From assembly GCA_041663445.1 (NCBI GenBank), contig JBAYMR010000006.1, positions 10,705 to 74,704 of the forward strand: 64,000 bases of DNA, written 5' to 3'. The notes below the pieces were generated by a model. The model ran no database searches, was not told the DNA's origin, and worked only from the letters and a program-made list of their open reading frames with translations. Source of the stretch: Candidatus Micrarchaeia archaeon (GTDB taxonomy: Archaea > Micrarchaeota > Micrarchaeia > Anstonellales > Anstonellaceae). Positions 62,916-64,000 of the stretch are shown in pieces (within the stretch, counting starts at the first letter, position 1; every line of letters begins with the position of its first letter). The translations under genes and the position numbers were made by a program.

Positions 62916-64000
62916 AAGCCATGGCATTCAGGGAATTCATCGCAAAGCTGAGGGAAGAGGGCAAGTGCGTGGAGCTGAAAAAGCCAGCCTCGCTCAGGCT
63001 CGAGCTTGCGGGCGTGATGGCTGCGTTTGACGGCCAACCCGTCTACACCGAGCGCGTGCCCGAAGTGCCCGGCGCAAAAGTGGCGGGCAACGTTTTCTGC
63101 ACGCGCGAGCTGGTTTGCGGCTATCTTGGCATAAAGCGCGAAGGGCTCATCCCCGCGCTTGCGCACGCGATAAAAAACCCGTCCAAGCCGCAGCTTGTTT
63201 TGGCAAAGGACGCGCCCGTGCTTGAGGTTGAAGAGCCAAGCGTTGACCTTTCCAGGCTGCCCATCCCATTCCACGCCGAAAAGGACGGCGGGGCATATTT
63301 CTCCTCTGCCGTGGTGATTGCGCGCGACAAGGAATTGGGGCAGAACTGCTCATTCCACCGCATGATGGTCATCGGAAAGGACAGGGTGGCCGTCCGCATA
63401 TTGCACCGCCACCTTGAAGAATTCATCAAGCGCGCGGGAGGCGAGCTGGACGTCGCTTTCGTGGTGGGCGCGCCCATAAACTTCCTCCTTGCCTCGGCCT
63501 GCTCGGTGGATATCGGGGTGGATGAAACCACAATCGCAAACTCGCTTGCGCCCATCCGCACCGTGAAGCTTGAAAGCGGAATAGAGGTGCCTGCCGACGC
63601 CGAATTCGTTTTCGAGGGGAAGATAACGCGCGAGCTTGCGGACGAAGGCATGTTCGTGGACCTCACCGAGACCTATGACATAGTGCGCAAGCAGCAGGTG
63701 CTGAAAATCACGAGAATGCGCCACAGGCGCGACCCAATCTGGCATGTTCTGCTGCCCGGCGCGCTCGAGCACAAGCTGCTCATGGGCATGCCGCGCGAGC
63801 CTACCATTTTCAACGAAGTTTCCAAAATCGCGCCATGCACGGGCGTGAACATAACGCCCGGCGGCTGCTCCTGGCTGCACGCAGTCGTGGGCATAAAGAA
63901 AACGCGCGATGACGACGGCAAGCGCGCAATCTCCGCCGCGTTTTCCGGCCACAAGTCCCTCAAGCACGTGGTGGTGGTGGACGACGACATTGACATCTAC
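62912..64000 (+). CDS. ubiD: UbiD-family (prFMN-dependent) decarboxylase, 5' part; continues beyond the window
   Basis: Open frame from ATG 62912 (ATGA overlap with the ubiX stop) to the window end, not listed in the ORF track. DGGAYFSSAVVIARD, CSFHRMMV and HKSLKHVVVVDDDIDI are UbiD-family blocks. Confidence 0.85.
   Translation, partial: MKAMAFREFIAKLREEGKCVELKKPASLRLELAGVMAAFDGQPVYTERVPEVPGAKVAGNVFCTRELVCGYLGIKREGLIPALAHAIKNPSKPQLVLAKDAPVLEVEEPSVDLSRLPIPFHAEKDGGAYFSSAVVIARDKELGQNCSFHRMMVIGKDRVAVRILHRHLEEFIKRAGGELDVAFVVGAPINFLLASACSVDIGVDETTIANSLAPIRTVKLESGIEVPADAEFVFEGKITRELADEGMFVDLTETYDIVRKQQVLKITRMRHRRDPIWHVLLPGALEHKLLMGMPREPTIFNEVSKIAPCTGVNITPGGCSWLHAVVGIKKTRDDDGKRAISAAFSGHKSLKHVVVVDDDIDIY

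Overview
Archaeal chromosomal segment, about 58-60% GC by eye, with several visibly AT-richer islets. All calls come from reading the sequence and ORF track by hand. No searches were run, and hairpin and repeat coordinates are hand-indexed (+/- 1-2 nt).

Core content:
- Minus strand, 986-10534: the transcription/translation superoperon rpoH, rpoB'' and rpoB' (split B subunit), rpoA', rpoA'', L30e, nusA, S12, S7.
- Other housekeeping genes: aEF-2 3' end, JAMM protease, CorA, two P-type ATPases, MnmA, ADP-forming acetyl-CoA synthetase (alpha and beta), beta-CASP RNase, LonB, one tRNA-Arg(CCG).
- A bacterial-type regulator-grpE-dnaK-dnaJ operon, class I LysRS, Ogt, L10e, L1-P0-P1.
- An IPK / UbiX / UbiD-like cluster that runs off the window end.
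- The split rpoB, class I LysRS, small overlapping genes and many orphan genes suggest a small-genome (DPANN-like) archaeon. This is inference.

Accessory content:
- A RelE-type TA pair at the EF-2/S7 junction.
- A roughly 3.4-kb AT-richer islet (TrmB regulator, orphan, LysE exporter, Fic) bounded by inverted hairpin repeats, with the Fic gene bracketed by 61-62-bp direct repeats.
- Two mosaic pilin-like paralogs flanking a DUF4143-type AAA ATPase.
- A TPR lipoprotein islet bracketed by tRNA-Arg 3'-end fragments.
- An orphan-gene / VapBC / endonuclease-V island at 55.8-61.4 kb.

Most unusual non-genic signals:
1. Tandem promoter-plus-5'-half copies stacked upstream of tRNA-Arg.
2. A structured ~60-bp repeat family in three copies, one of them a dimer lying in-frame inside an ORF.
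3. Two arrays of four back-to-back perfect hairpins with unrelated stems.
4. Five phased TGTTAACA boxes in front of the Hsp70-operon regulator.
5. A 62-bp promoter duplicated in front of two orphan gene cassettes.

No CRISPR array, rRNA, transposase, integrase or reverse transcriptase was seen.
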